From an uncultured cyanobacterium (GTDB taxonomy: Bacteria; Cyanobacteriota; Cyanobacteriia; PCC-6307; Cyanobiaceae): a stretch of DNA of 64,000 nt. The stretch is taken from positions 1 through 64,000 of the forward strand of contig CAVONQ010000011.1 of the NCBI GenBank assembly GCA_963697335.1. The letters run 5' to 3'. The notes beneath the pieces were generated by a model that was given only the letters and a program-made list of their open reading frames with translations, had not been told where the DNA came from and ran no database searches. This document shows positions 1 through 10,499 of the stretch, one piece after another. The translations under genes were made by a program, and so were the position numbers. Positions within the stretch are counted from its first letter, which is position 1. Every line of letters begins with the position of its first letter.

Positions 1-126
1 CGTGGGGTTCGCGGAGGCCTCGTTGAGGTCTGGCCCTTTCCCGCCGCAGGCCACCAGGGAAAGACTGAAGAACAGCGCCAGCACCAGGCTGGTCAGCCGA
101 CGGATCGTTGGTGCCAGTGGGGCCAT
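1..126 (-). CDS. 5' part of a lipoprotein that runs off the window; possibly a sulfatase given the upstream FGE gene
   Basis: Manual translation from ATG at 126: MAPLAPTIRRLTSLVLALFFSLSLVACGGKGPDLNEASANPT, a signal peptide with lipobox LVAC. The sulfatase identity is inferred from context only. Confidence 0.55.
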   Translation of the reverse strand, partial: MAPLAPTIRRLTSLVLALFFSLSLVACGGKGPDLNEASANPT

Positions 127-270
127 GCGCCGAGCTGGGTATCTGAAGAGGACAGCGACCCCTGACGGGAGCGCAGGTAACCCATATTTCCAGGCAATGG
201 CGGGGAGGAGGCCGAGGCGCTGAAGTTTTTTGCCCGAATTGAGCAGGCGTGCCCAGCTGAGTCGCAACGA

Positions 271-1262
271 CTACCCCTCGGTCGGGCCGGAGACCAGCCG
301 AAAACCGATGTGGGACGTGCCCGTATCCGGTTCGAGGGCCTCCCGGGCCGCCGGGCGGTAGCGGCTGCAATAGTTCTTCGCACAGAGGAAGGAACCACCC
401 TTGATCACGTGCTTGGCGATGCCAGGCTCGCGGGGATCGAAGCTCAGCTCCTGCTCGCTCACAGCTGGATTCACATGATCGGCCATGCCCTGGTGGCCGG
501 GTCGGTACCAGTCCTGCGTCCACTCCCAGACGTTGCCGGTCATGTCCTGGAGCCCGTAGCCGTTGGGCGGAAAGCTCCCCACCGGGGCCGTGCCGAAGTA
601 GCCATCCTTCTCCTGGTTGCGGATGGGGAACTCCCCTTGCCAGGTGTTGGCCTTCTTCGCTGAATAGGTTTTCCCCCAGCTGAAGATCTGATCCTTGAGG
701 CCGCCCCTGGCGGCGAATTCCCACTGGGCCTCGGTGGGAAGCTCCTTGCCGGCCCAGGCGGCATAGGCCTCGGCATCCCTGAAGGCGACCTGCACGACGG
801 GATGGTTGGCCAGGCCTTCCAGATCGCTTGTCGGGGCCCTGCGGATGCCGCCAGTTCGCCCCGGGAGTCCAGTGCCACCAGCTCAGGTAGGCGACTTCAC
901 TTCCAGGAGCTGGGCTTTCGAAGACCAGGGCACCGGGAGCCCGTTGATCGTCAGCCAGATCGGGGTACTGATCCTTGGGGATCGGCCGTTCCGCCACGGT
1001 GACATAGCCCGTGGCCGTCACGAACGCATCGAACTCGGCATTGGTGACTTCATGGCGGTCGATGCAGAAACCCTCCACCGTCACCGCATCAACCGAGAGC
1101 TCATCGGGGTAGTGGTCATCCGACCCCATGCGGAACGTGCCGCCGGGGATCCATTTCGTGCCGGACTGGACAGGTGGGAGAGGCCTGCGCGGCACCCAGC
1201 TGCAGCGGCTGGATCAGCAAGCCCAGGATGAGAAAGGTCGTGGCCAGCAGACCCAGGGGCAT
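271..1262 (-). CDS. Formylglycine-generating enzyme family protein (SUMF1/FGE-sulfatase), frameshifted
   Basis: ORF 271..795 has ELPTEAQWEFAARGG, DMTGNVWEW, KGGSFLCAKNYCSRYRPAAR and HIGFR. N-terminal motifs (WIPGGTFRMGSDDHYP, EVTNAEF) and a signal peptide lie in other frames up to ATG 1262. Confidence 0.85.
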
Positions 1263-1320
1263 GAAGTCTCCGCTGGGTTGCTATCGATCAGCCTGAGAGT
1301 ATGGAGGAAAGCCTCTGCCC

Positions 1321-1986
1321 ATGGCCCCTTCGCCAACCTCCCTCGCGCTTCAAGTGCTGCCCCTGGCCTTGGGGGCAGCCGTGAGCCCCCTGCTGTTGGT
1401 GGGTCAGGTGCTGACCCTCACCAGCCCAGGGTCCGGCCTGCGTCGAGGTTGGTGCTTTGCCTTCGGCTCGGCCCTGGTGGTGGCCGTCTGGGCGGTGCTG
1501 GGTCTGGCCACAGGAGCAGCTCTCCCAGCCAGGACCCCTGGCCCCGACCCCGTTTCAGCTTGCCTGCACCTGGTGCTGGCGATCGTGCTGGTGGTGCTCG
1601 GCATTGAGATTCTGCAGCGGCCCGACCATCAGAAGGCCGCCACACCCGCGTCCGTTGCCCATCCTCTGCGCGCTTCTTTGCTGCTTGGTATGGGCCTCAT
1701 GGCCGCCAATCTCACCAGCTTGGTGTTGTTCTTACCCGCGATCCAGGATTTGGCCCGATCCGGGGTTTCAGCCATGACGCGGGCCTTGATGGCGGCGCTG
1801 GTCAGTCTGATCACGCTGCTCCCGTCCCTGGGCCCGCCGTTGGCCCTGGTGCTGGCGGGCTCATCAGGCCGCCGTAGTCTTGTGGCCCTCAGTGGTTGGA
1901 GCGAACGGCATCAGCGGCAGATCAATGCTGCTCTCTGCTTCGGTTTCGGGGTGTTTCTCACCATCAGTGGCTGCTCCAGGCTGTGA
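1321..1986 (+). CDS. GAP/Sap-family integral membrane protein
   Basis: About 6 hydrophobic segments, N-terminal LPLALGAAVSP and C-terminal WSERHQRQINAALC, typical of the GAP family. Confidence 0.65.
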   Translation: MAPSPTSLALQVLPLALGAAVSPLLLVGQVLTLTSPGSGLRRGWCFAFGSALVVAVWAVLGLATGAALPARTPGPDPVSACLHLVLAIVLVVLGIEILQRPDHQKAATPASVAHPLRASLLLGMGLMAANLTSLVLFLPAIQDLARSGVSAMTRALMAALVSLITLLPSLGPPLALVLAGSSGRRSLVALSGWSERHQRQINAALCFGFGVFLTISGCSRL

Positions 1987-2147
1987 CCTTCTGATTTCTC
2001 TGTGGGCGGGCAGGCCAGAACCGTTCTCTCTCCTGCCCGATGGGCTGGGTGGGCGCCCGGCTTGGGCCCCGGACCGGCCCCCCAACCGTGTTGACCGTGG
2101 TGCGCTAGTACTTGCCGGCCTGATCGGCCGTCCCCGGCCCGCTGCGC

Positions 2148-3330
2148 TTGTCCAGCGATTGCGTTCCCCTTCCCCCTGCCTCCGGCGGCGGAGAGTCCGA
2201 CGACCTGAAGCTCTCCAGCTACGACTTCCAGCTGCCGCAGGAGCGCATCGCCCAGCGGCCCGTCGAGCCGCGCCACAGTGCCCGACTGCTGGCGGTGGGC
2301 GCTCCCTGCCGCCAGCGCGTCCGCTGGGAATGGGCCTGACTGCCGCCACCTGCGCGTGTGGGATCTGCAGCAGGAGCTGCAGACCCGGCGATCTGCTGGT
2401 GGTGAATGACACCCGGGTGCTGCGGGCCCGGCTGGAGGCGCGCCGCAGCTCAGGGGGCACGTGGAGCTGCTGGTGCTGGAGCCCTGGCTGGAGGAGCCCG
2501 GGCCGCCGGCGCCGGGCCGCTGGCTCTGCCTGGCCAAGCCGGCCAAGCGCCTCCAGAGCGGCGAGGTTCTGGAGGTGATCGCCGAGGGTCAGGACCCCCT
2601 GCCGGTGGAGATCTGCGGCCGCGATGCCGAAACCGGCGGCTGCATCGTGCAGTTTCCGGCGGCCTGCGCCGATGCCGCCTCCCTGGAGCCGCTGCTGGTG
2701 CGCTACGGCGCCATCCCGCTGCCGCCCTACATCCACGAGCACGACGCCAGCGACAACGACCGCTACCAGACCCGCTACGCCGCCAGGCCCGGCGCCGTGG
2801 CCGCCCCCACCGCCGGCCTGCACCTGAGCGATGCGCTGCTGGCGGCGATCCAGGCCCGTGGTGTGGCCCTGGCCACCACCACCCTGCACGTGGGACTGGG
2901 CACCTTCCGGCCGGTGGAAACGGAAGACCTGCGCGGCCTGGAGCTCCACAGCGAGTGGGTGGAGGTGAGCCCCGAGCTGGTGGCGGCGGTGCAGGCCTGC
3001 CGTGCCCGCGGCGGCCGGGTGATCGCCATCGGCACCACCAGTGTGCGCAGCCTGGAGGGGGTGGCCGCCCTCCATGGCGGCGAGCTCAGGCCCCACACGG
3101 GCCCGGTGAACCTGGTGATCCAGCCCGGTTTCCGCTTTGCGGTGGTGCAGGGCCTGCTCACCAACTTTCACCTGCCCAGGAGCTCATTGCTGCTGCTGGT
3201 GAGTGCCCTGCTCGGCCGGCGGCGCCTGCTGGCGCTCTACGCCGAGGCGATCGAGCGGGAGTATCGCTTCTTTTCCTATGGCGATGCCATGTGGATCCCG
3301 CCTGAGGCGGTGCTGCCTCCAGCCCCATGA
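2148..3330 (+). CDS. queA: S-adenosylmethionine:tRNA ribosyltransferase-isomerase (frameshifted near 2310-2460)
   Basis: [67 protein letters not shown] and [10 protein letters not shown], spread over three frames. Confidence 0.92.
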
Positions 3331-3356
3331 AAAAAGCCCCCGTGCCGGCGGGGGCT
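3330..3356 (-). terminator. Rho-independent terminator of sodB
   Basis: AGCCCCCG-6nt-CGGGGGCT hairpin with an A-tract at 3330-3335 (U-tract on the - strand) between convergent queA and sodB. Confidence 0.75.
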
Positions 3357-3396
3357 GGCCCAGGGCCCTGATGGGCCGGGCGTTGGGGAGCAGGGC

Positions 3397-3996
3397 TCAG
3401 GCGGCGGCCAGGTTGGCGGCCACGAAGTCCCAGTTCACCAGCTTCTCGAGGTAGGTGGTGATGTAGTCAGGCCGGCGGTTCTGGTAGTCGAGGTAGTAGG
3501 CGTGCTCCCACACATCCATGGTGAGCAGGGCCTTCTGGCCATGGGCCAGGGGCAGGTCGGCGTTGGCGGTCTTGGTGATCTTGAGGCTGCCGCCATCGAG
3601 CACCAGCCAGGCCCAGCCGCTGCCGAACTGGGTGGCGCCGGCGGTCTTGAACTGCTCCACAAAGGACTCGAAGCTGCCGAAGTCGGCATTGATCTTGTCG
3701 GCCAGGGGGCCGGTGGGCTGGCCACCGCCGCCGGGCTTCATGCACTGCCAGTAGAAGCTGTGGTTCCACACCTGGGCAGCGTTGTTGAACACCCCCGCCT
3801 TGGCGGCATCGCCGGCCACGGCGGTGATGGTGTCCTCGAGGCTCTTGCCGTCAAGGTCGGTGCCCTCAACCAGCTTGTTCAGGTTGGTGACGTAGGCGTT
3901 GTGGTGCTTGCCGTGATGGAACTCGAGGGTCTGACGGGAGATATGGGGCTCGAGCGCATCTTGGCCGTAGGGAAGCGCGGGAAGCGTATGGGCCAT
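3397..3996 (-). CDS. sodB: Fe superoxide dismutase
   Basis: [43 protein letters not shown]. Confidence 0.95.
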   Translation of the reverse strand: MAHTLPALPYGQDALEPHISRQTLEFHHGKHHNAYVTNLNKLVEGTDLDGKSLEDTITAVAGDAAKAGVFNNAAQVWNHSFYWQCMKPGGGGQPTGPLADKINADFGSFESFVEQFKTAGATQFGSGWAWLVLDGGSLKITKTANADLPLAHGQKALLTMDVWEHAYYLDYQNRRPDYITTYLEKLVNWDFVAANLAAA

Positions 3997-4113
3997 GGAT
4001 GGGATGTCGTTCTGAAAGGTGCCCGCCGGCGTGACCGACGACACAGCCATCCTAACGATCGCTAAAGATTCCCTGGCTCTCCCCCGCCAGGGCAGGGCCG
4101 GCGCGGCCCGGGC

Positions 4114-4732
4114 TCAGCGGCCGATTTCCAGCAGCTCCACCTCGAAGATCAAGGTGGCGTTGGCGGGGATCACGCCGCCGGCACCGCGCTCGCCGTAGGC
4201 CAGATCGGGGGGGATCACCAGCTTGCGCTTGCCGCCCACCTGCATGCCGGCCACACCCTCATCCCAGCCCTTGATCACGCGGCCGCCGCCGAGGGGGAAG
4301 GAGAAGGGTCCGCGGCCGTAGCTGCTGTCGAACTCCTTGCCGTTCTCGAGGGTGCCGCGGTAGTTGACGCTGACGCTCTGGCCGGCAGTGGCCTCGGGGC
4401 CGTCGCCGATCACCAGGTCGGTGATGCGCAGGCCACTGGCGGTGACCCGCTCCTTGGGGGCTGTCATCGAGTCGCCGAGGGCACTGGCCTGGGCGATCTC
4501 GGGGCTGGGTTCTGGCGCCATGGCAAACAGGGTGGGGTTGGGATCGTCGGGATCGAGTTCATAGGGGGCCGTGCTGACCACGGCGGGAGCCGCCGCCACG
4601 GCCGGGGCGCTGAGGGGTGGCCGCCTCGGCAGGGGCGGCGGCGGCCACGGTGGTGGGGCTGACCAACTGGCTCACAAAGGCCAGCAGCAGGCACAGCACA
4701 CACACGGTGGAACTGATCAGGATGTCGCGCAT
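4114..4732 (-). CDS. FKBP-type peptidyl-prolyl cis-trans isomerase (frameshift near 4605)
   Basis: [28 protein letters not shown] and LIFEVELL. The N-terminal [16 protein letters not shown] signal is in another frame. Confidence 0.9.
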
Positions 4733-4761
4733 GGCAGGCCCGTAGAGGCTTGCGATTCTGC

Positions 4762-5100
4762 CTACTCGCCGGCAGCCTCTCCGTTGCGCTGGCGCAGGGA
4801 CTGCTCGAGGCGATCGATGCGACCGCGCAACTCGTCGAGTTCGCGCTGCATCGGGATGCCGAGGTCCTGCAGCAACTGGTCGCGGTTGCGCTCCAGCTGG
4901 CGGCTGGCCTGCTCCTCCAGGCCCGGTGTGTCGCCGCGCAGGGCCCGCATCACGTCCTCCACCAGGGCGGGAGCGTGGTTGGGGTCGAGCTTGCCGCTGC
5001 GCACCCACTCCTGGCTCACGTAGCGCAGCCTGTCACCCACCAGGGAGGTGGTGCCCAGGCCCCGCAGCAGCAGTTGGTGCAGGGGATTGGAGGAGTCCAT
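4762..5100 (-). CDS. Conserved cyanobacterial phasin-like coiled-coil protein
   Basis: LLLRGLGTTSLVGDRLR...ELDELRGRIDRLE. Confidence 0.7.
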   Translation of the reverse strand: MDSSNPLHQLLLRGLGTTSLVGDRLRYVSQEWVRSGKLDPNHAPALVEDVMRALRGDTPGLEEQASRQLERNRDQLLQDLGIPMQRELDELRGRIDRLEQSLRQRNGEAAGE

Positions 5101-5162
5101 CAGTAAGGCCTCGCCTGACTCGCGTGTGGTTCAACCTTGGCGCTTCCTACGGTGGCCTGCCA

Positions 5163-6677
5163 ATGGCGGTCGAGGGACGGTTGCGCGGGATCGCTCTGAC
5201 GGCCGGGGCCCGGTCCGCCTGGATCCGGGCGGCCGCCGCTGGCCTGCTGGCGGGCGTTGCCCTGCCACCGCTCGGCTTTCCCCCCCTGCTCTGGCTGGCC
5301 CTGGCCGTGCTCTGGCATGGCAGCAGCGGTTCGGGGACCCGCCGCCTGGCCACAGGAGGGCTGTGGGGCGCTCTGGCGGTGCTGGTGAGCCACCGCTGGC
5401 TGCTCGGCCTGCACCCCCTCGACTGGATCGGGGTGCCCCTGCCCCTGAGCCTGCCCCTCTGCCTGCTGCTGCTGTTGCTGCTGGCGGCCCTGGGGGCGCT
5501 GCTGGTGGCCGGCTGGACCTGGCTGGCCGGCCTGCTGGGGCCTGGGCGCTGGAGCACGGCCCTGCTGTTGGCCGGCCTCTGGGGCGCCGCTGAACTGGTC
5601 CTGGCCCGGGGGCCCCTGTTCTGGCTGGGGCTGGGGGCGGCTCCCCTCCCCCACGACCGTCCGCTTGCCGGCCTGGCGGCGCTTGGGGGCAGTGGCCTGG
5701 TGGCGGCGGTTCAGGTGCTGCTGGGCTGGGGCCTCTGGCGCCTGGCGGCGGCGTTCCGCTGGCGGCGGCTGGGGGCTTGGCTGCTGGTGGTTGTGGTGCT
5801 GCACGGCAGCGGCGCCGCCCTGCTGGCGCTGCAACCCGCGGGCGAGCGGGCCGCTGAGCGGGTGCTGGTGCTGCAGCCCGCCATCCCCACCCGCGAGAAG
5901 CACACGTGGGAGGCGCGGCGGCAGCTGGAGCAGCAGCTGCAGGCGGCCCTGCTGGAGGCCGACCAGCGGCAGGCCGTGGCGGTGCTGTTGCCGGAGGGGG
6001 CCCTGGGGCTCGAGCCCCGGCTGCCCCAGCCGGCCCCGGTGGAGCTGCTCAGCGGCGGCTTTCGCTGGCAGGAGGGGCCCACGGGGCCGGAGCAGCGGAG
6101 CGCCCTGCTGCGGTTCGGCGTGGGTGACAGCCGGCCCGCCATGGCGGTGGACAAGCACCGTCTGGTGCCGCTCGGGGAGTGGGTGCCCCTGGCGGGCTGG
6201 CTGCGCTGGAGCGGCCTCTCAGCCGTGGGGGGCGTGGAGCCGGGGCCACCATCGCGGCTGCTGGCGCGGCCCCAGGGCCCCCTGGGAGTGGCGATCTGCT
6301 ACGAGCTCTCCGATGGCATGGCCCTGAGCGCGGCCACCCGGGAGGGCGCCACCTGGTTGCTGGCCAGCGCCAATCTCGATCCCTATCCCTTGATGCTGCA
6401 GCAGCAGTTCGCTGCCCTGGCCCAGTTGCGGGCCATCGAAGCCGGCCGCTGGCTGGTGAGCTCGGCCAACACAGGGCCAGGGCTGCTGGTGGACCCCCGC
6501 GGTGCGGTGACGGGGCGCATGGCCCCAGGCCGGGCCGGCACGGCTCTGTTTGAACCCGTGCCGATCACCCGGCTCAGTCCCTACGGCCGCTGGCGGGAGA
6601 CCCCGCTGCTGCTGCTGGCGCTGCTGGGCCTGGCCCTGCGCCGCTGGGAGGGGCGCAGGGCAGGGCTCAGCCCGTGA
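5163..6677 (+). CDS. lnt: Apolipoprotein N-acyltransferase
   Basis: Multi-TM N-terminus plus nitrilase-fold motifs LLPEGA, KHRLVPLGE, ICYE, RAIE and SANTG. Confidence 0.88.
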   Translation: MAVEGRLRGIALTAGARSAWIRAAAAGLLAGVALPPLGFPPLLWLALAVLWHGSSGSGTRRLATGGLWGALAVLVSHRWLLGLHPLDWIGVPLPLSLPLCLLLLLLLAALGALLVAGWTWLAGLLGPGRWSTALLLAGLWGAAELVLARGPLFWLGLGAAPLPHDRPLAGLAALGGSGLVAAVQVLLGWGLWRLAAAFRWRRLGAWLLVVVVLHGSGAALLALQPAGERAAERVLVLQPAIPTREKHTWEARRQLEQQLQAALLEADQRQAVAVLLPEGALGLEPRLPQPAPVELLSGGFRWQEGPTGPEQRSALLRFGVGDSRPAMAVDKHRLVPLGEWVPLAGWLRWSGLSAVGGVEPGPPSRLLARPQGPLGVAICYELSDGMALSAATREGATWLLASANLDPYPLMLQQQFAALAQLRAIEAGRWLVSSANTGPGLLVDPRGAVTGRMAPGRAGTALFEPVPITRLSPYGRWRETPLLLLALLGLALRRWEGRRAGLSP

Positions 6678-6750
6678 ACTGGAGCGCCACTTCCACCAGG
6701 GTGAAGCCGAGCAGCCCGGCGAGGGCGAGGAGGGATCCGGAGCTGATCAT
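6667..6750 (-). CDS. Putative 27-aa single-TM small protein
   Basis: MISSGSLLALAGLLGFTLVEVALQFTG* with GC3-rich codons. It is below the ORF-track length. Confidence 0.35.
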   Translation of the reverse strand: MISSGSLLALAGLLGFTLVEVALQFTG

Positions 6751-6875
6751 CAGCAGGAGCGCCAGGGGCGGTGGGGGGGTGAACCTTGATGGCCAGATTC
6801 TGACGAAAACCTTAAGGATGTGCCCGTAGCGTTCGTCACCCTCTAGGGAATCGTTACAGGTCGGCCCCGCCGGGG

Positions 6876-7448
6876 TCAGCCCTCGAAGCTGCGGCGCGCC
6901 TCGCTCACCCCGGCAGAGCTGGTGCCCTTGAGGTAGGCCAGCATCGTGTCGGCATCGGACACCTCAAAGGGGTCGATGGGGCAGTTGTCCCCAAACTCGG
7001 GCTCGGCGAACACCTTCTCGATCGCGCCATCGTTGACGAGCATCGAGTAGCGCCAGGAGCGCAGCCCGAAGCCCAGGTTCGACTTGTCCACCAGCATGCC
7101 CATCTTGCGGGTGAACTCGCCGTTGCCATCGGGCAGCAGCATTACGTGGTTGGCGCCCACCTGCTTGCCCCACTGGAACATCACGAAGGCGTCGTTCACC
7201 GAGAGGCACACGATCGTGTCGATGCCCTGGGCCTGGAACTCGGCGTAGAGCTCTTCGTAGCGGGGCAGGTGGTTCGAGGAGCAGGTGGGGGTGAAGGCGC
7301 CGGGCAGGGAGAAGAGCACCACGCGCTTGCCGGCGAAGATCTCGTCGCTGGTCAGGTCCTGCCAGCGGAAGGGGTTGGGGCCGGGCACGGATTCGTCGCG
7401 CACGCGGGTCTTGAAGGTGACGCTGGGAACGCGGTTGAGGATGGCCAT
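6876..7448 (-). CDS. Type II peroxiredoxin (Prx5-like)
   Basis: [34 protein letters not shown]. Confidence 0.92.
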   Translation of the reverse strand: MAILNRVPSVTFKTRVRDESVPGPNPFRWQDLTSDEIFAGKRVVLFSLPGAFTPTCSSNHLPRYEELYAEFQAQGIDTIVCLSVNDAFVMFQWGKQVGANHVMLLPDGNGEFTRKMGMLVDKSNLGFGLRSWRYSMLVNDGAIEKVFAEPEFGDNCPIDPFEVSDADTMLAYLKGTSSAGVSEARRSFEG

Positions 7449-7510
7449 GGGGATCGTGGAAAAGAGCGGAAGGGACGGGCGAAGCGCTGGCCGGGGCCAG
7501 ATCACACAGA

Positions 7511-7539
7511 AATTAACTCATAGTGACTCCGCTTTGCAA
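7511..7539 (-). promoter_or_regulatory. Candidate sigma70 promoter of the peroxiredoxin gene
   Basis: On the - strand, TTGCAA-17/18 nt-TTAATT/TAATTT in an AT-rich patch about 60 nt upstream of the ATG. Confidence 0.4.
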
Positions 7540-7579
7540 TAGATCGGGATTGGCTGGGGGCTGGGGAGCCGCTGAGGCC

Positions 7580-8299
7580 TCAAGGGGCCAGCCGTTCCAG
7601 GCACCAGGCCGGCGCGGCCTCTGGGGCGTTGCCCCCGGTGGCGGGGCTGGCGGTCTGGCGGCTGTAGAGAAAGCGGTCGTGGAGGCGGTTCTCGCGGCCC
7701 TGCCAGAACTCGACCGTGGCGGGAACCACGCGAAAGCCGCCCCAGCTGGGCGGCCGCGGGATCTCCCCAGCGGCGAAGCGCTGCCGCATGTGCTCCCACT
7801 GCATCTCCAGGATCTGGCGGGAGCTGATCACCTGGCTCTGCTGGGACACCCAGGCCCCCAGGCGGCTCCCCCAGGGCCGCGAGCGAAAATAGGCCAGCGA
7901 CTCGGCGGCGGAGATCCGCTCGGCCTGCCCTTCAATCGCCACCTGCCGCTCCAGGACATACCAGGGGAACAGCAACGACACCGCCGGCTGGAGGGCGATC
8001 TGGCGCGCCTTGCGGCTCTCGTAGTTGGTGAAGAACACGAAGCCGCGCTGATCGAAGGCCTTGAGCAGCACCGTGCGGGAGCTCAGCCGCTGGCCATCGC
8101 TGCTGCCGAGCACCATGGCGTTCGGCTCCGGCACGGCGGCCGCCTGGGCCTGGGAGAACCAGAGCCGGAACTGCTCCACCGGATCCGCGGCCAGCTCCGA
8201 GCGCCGCAGGCCGCCGCGGCGATACTCCTGGCGCAGGCCCGCCAGCGCCCCTTCGCCCATGCCAGGGTCAGGAATACGGGTGCTGTCATCGCCGGCCAT
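7580..8299 (-). CDS. pdxH: Pyridoxamine 5'-phosphate oxidase
   Basis: [55 protein letters not shown]. Confidence 0.95.
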   Translation of the reverse strand: MAGDDSTRIPDPGMGEGALAGLRQEYRRGGLRRSELAADPVEQFRLWFSQAQAAAVPEPNAMVLGSSDGQRLSSRTVLLKAFDQRGFVFFTNYESRKARQIALQPAVSLLFPWYVLERQVAIEGQAERISAAESLAYFRSRPWGSRLGAWVSQQSQVISSRQILEMQWEHMRQRFAAGEIPRPPSWGGFRVVPATVEFWQGRENRLHDRFLYSRQTASPATGGNAPEAAPAWCLERLAP

Positions 8300-8340
8300 G
8301 GAAGCGGAAGCATTGGTGGTGGCTGCAGAGGCTGGCAGGG

Positions 8341-8692
8341 GTGAGCGGGATGGGGCCGGGGCAGCGACGGCTGGTGCTGATCCTGCCCCAGCTGGGGGAT
8401 TTCGACAGCCTCGAATTCGCCCAGCAACTCTTGCCCGTGCTGCCCCGGCTCGAGGCGGACCCTGGCGGAAGTGCTCGGCCGCTGGCGCACCTACGTGGCC
8501 CACGACCGCCACCTCACCCAGCGCGGCGGCACTTTTCCGCTGGAAGCGGACGACACTCTCCTCCACAGCCACCGGGACCCCGGCCTGCTCGGCCATTCGG
8601 CCACCATGGCGACGCCGCTGAGCTTCCTGGATCCGTCCCTGGAATCCCCGGCATCCCTTCCCACCCCATCCCTGAGCTCCTCCCCCCGCTAG
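8341..8692 (+). pseudogene. Internally deleted AhpC/TSA-2 (peroxiredoxin-like) gene remnant
   Basis: N-terminal [18 protein letters not shown] is joined out of frame to C-terminal [31 protein letters not shown]. The central part is missing. Confidence 0.6.
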
Positions 8693-8700
8693 GAATCCCC

Positions 8701-9132
8701 GTGACCTTGCTGCTGCCTTCGTTCCTGATCCCCGGCCTGCTGGCCCTGAGCCTGGGCCTGTTTCACCTGGTGGGTCCGGTGCCGCCCGATCTGGGCGTGG
8801 AGCAGGGGGCGCTGGCGGCGTGCCCGTCGCCGGCCCACTGCGCCCGGGAGAGCTGGCCCGTGGCCGACCCCGAGGCGGCGCTGCAGTTGGTGCTGCCTGT
8901 GCTGCTGGAGCAGCCCCGGGTTGAGCTGATCGAGCAGCAGGGCGGTTACGTGCACGCCGCGGCCAGCAGTGCGCTGTTCGGCTTTGTGGATGACGTGGAG
9001 CTCTACGCCGACCCCGCCGGGGGCGCACTGCAGGCCCGCTCGGTGTCGCGGCTGGGGGATTCCGACCTGGGGGTGAACGCCAAGCGGCTGGCGCTGCTGA
9101 AGGCCAGCCTCACACCCGAGCCCGGCGCTTGA
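8701..9132 (+). CDS. DUF1499 family protein
   Basis: [35 protein letters not shown]. Confidence 0.85.
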   Translation: MTLLLPSFLIPGLLALSLGLFHLVGPVPPDLGVEQGALAACPSPAHCARESWPVADPEAALQLVLPVLLEQPRVELIEQQGGYVHAAASSALFGFVDDVELYADPAGGALQARSVSRLGDSDLGVNAKRLALLKASLTPEPGA

Positions 9133-9502
9133 GGTCGCGCAGGCGGCCCCCGAGGGACTGCAGCATCTCCAGGGCGAACATCGGCATCTCCTGCACGGCG
9201 AACAGGAACTCCTGCTGGTTCATCACCAGCAGCTTGCAGGCCGTCTTGGCGGTGGCATTGCCGAAGCGGCGGTGGGAGGGATCGAGGAAGGCGCCGATGC
9301 CGAAGGTCTCGCCCGGGCCGATGGTTTCCACCAGGCTGCCGGCATCCCAGTCGAGCTCCACCGTGCCCTCCAGCAGGCCGTAGAGGCAATCACCGAGGTC
9401 GTTGCTGCGGAAAATCACTTCTCCGGCCCCGATGGAGAGAACGCTGCGCTTTTTGGCCAGGGCCTCGATGGTGCTGAGGGCGTTCGTGGAGCTGGGGGAC
9501 AT
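9110..9502 (-). CDS. Stand-alone cyclic nucleotide-binding domain protein
   Basis: GEVIFR..GDCLYGLLEGTV, GETFG.GA, RRFGNATA. No HTH is present. Confidence 0.8.
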   Translation of the reverse strand: MSPSSTNALSTIEALAKKRSVLSIGAGEVIFRSNDLGDCLYGLLEGTVELDWDAGSLVETIGPGETFGIGAFLDPSHRRFGNATAKTACKLLVMNQQEFLFAVQEMPMFALEMLQSLGGRLRDLKRRARV

Positions 9503-9606
9503 GGGGGAGCGCAGCGACAGGGTCCTCGGGGAGGACAGCTCCATGGATAGCCCCCGCTGGCCAAGGTGCGGTTAAGAGAGGATTGGTGGGGTAGGCCAAG
9601 GCCGTC

Positions 9607-10122
9607 ATGGGCATCGCGATCGCAGGCATCATCGATCGGTCCTGGGCCCGTTCCCTGGATCGCTTCTCAGGGCGGGATGGCGTGGTGAACGTCTGGATCA
9701 ACCGCCGCGGCGCCTTCGGCGCCCTCTCGGTGTCGCGCCTTGAAGAGCGGTTCATCCGCAACACCTTCCGGCAGCTCGATCGCATCACAGGCCTGCGCTT
9801 CGCCTACACAAGCCGCCGCGCCTCGGATCTGGACATCAGCGCCGTGGAGGACCTGGGCGGCAACACCATCGGGCTCACGACCCGAAAGCGCGGCTGGTTT
9901 GAGGTGGCCTGGGAAGGACGCCAGGGGGGCCAACTCACCCGCAGTGAACGCCGCACCATCAACCACGAGATCGGCCATGCCCTCGGGCTCAACCACCCCT
10001 ACGGCAGCGGGTACAACCCCCGCTACACCACCAGTGACACGGTGATGTCCTACAACACGCGGCCAAACTTCAGCTACACCAGCTCCGATGTGGCGGCGCT
10101 GAAGTTTCTCTGGGGGGGTTGA
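9607..10122 (+). CDS. Matrixin/M10-like zinc metallopeptidase (catalytic domain only)
   Basis: HEIGHALGLNHP zinc motif, Met-turn TVMSY, and DVAALKFLWG. Confidence 0.85.
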   Translation: MGIAIAGIIDRSWARSLDRFSGRDGVVNVWINRRGAFGALSVSRLEERFIRNTFRQLDRITGLRFAYTSRRASDLDISAVEDLGGNTIGLTTRKRGWFEVAWEGRQGGQLTRSERRTINHEIGHALGLNHPYGSGYNPRYTTSDTVMSYNTRPNFSYTSSDVAALKFLWGG

Positions 10123-10499
10123 GTGGTCATGCCCGCAGATCCAGTGGTCCCGGGCAGCCTGCAGCGCTCCTCCGATCAGCACATGCTGGTCAACCACTCA
10201 AGGATGCACCCTCGGCCTCGGCATGGGATCCAGACTGATCACCAAGGGTTGATGCCGTCTGCCGCTAACCCCCACCATCAACAGAAGAGATAGACAATCT
10301 GGGACGTCCATCCGACAACCCGTGCGGGCATGACACGACACCGGTTGCTACTTTGCCTCGCTAGGAGAGCGGATGGAACCAATGGGAAACTCCTCTTGGG
10401 GTTGGGATGATCAGCCGCAATCATGAGCGTCTCGCCATACGACATGTGAAGCATTGGATGGGGCGATGCGGTCATTCGACTAGACATTGGGTACGCGGC

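Noticed and set aside
2310..2460. Programmed frameshifting in queA or cbiET
   Set aside because: No slippery heptamer with a downstream structure was seen, and similar indels occur in many unrelated genes.
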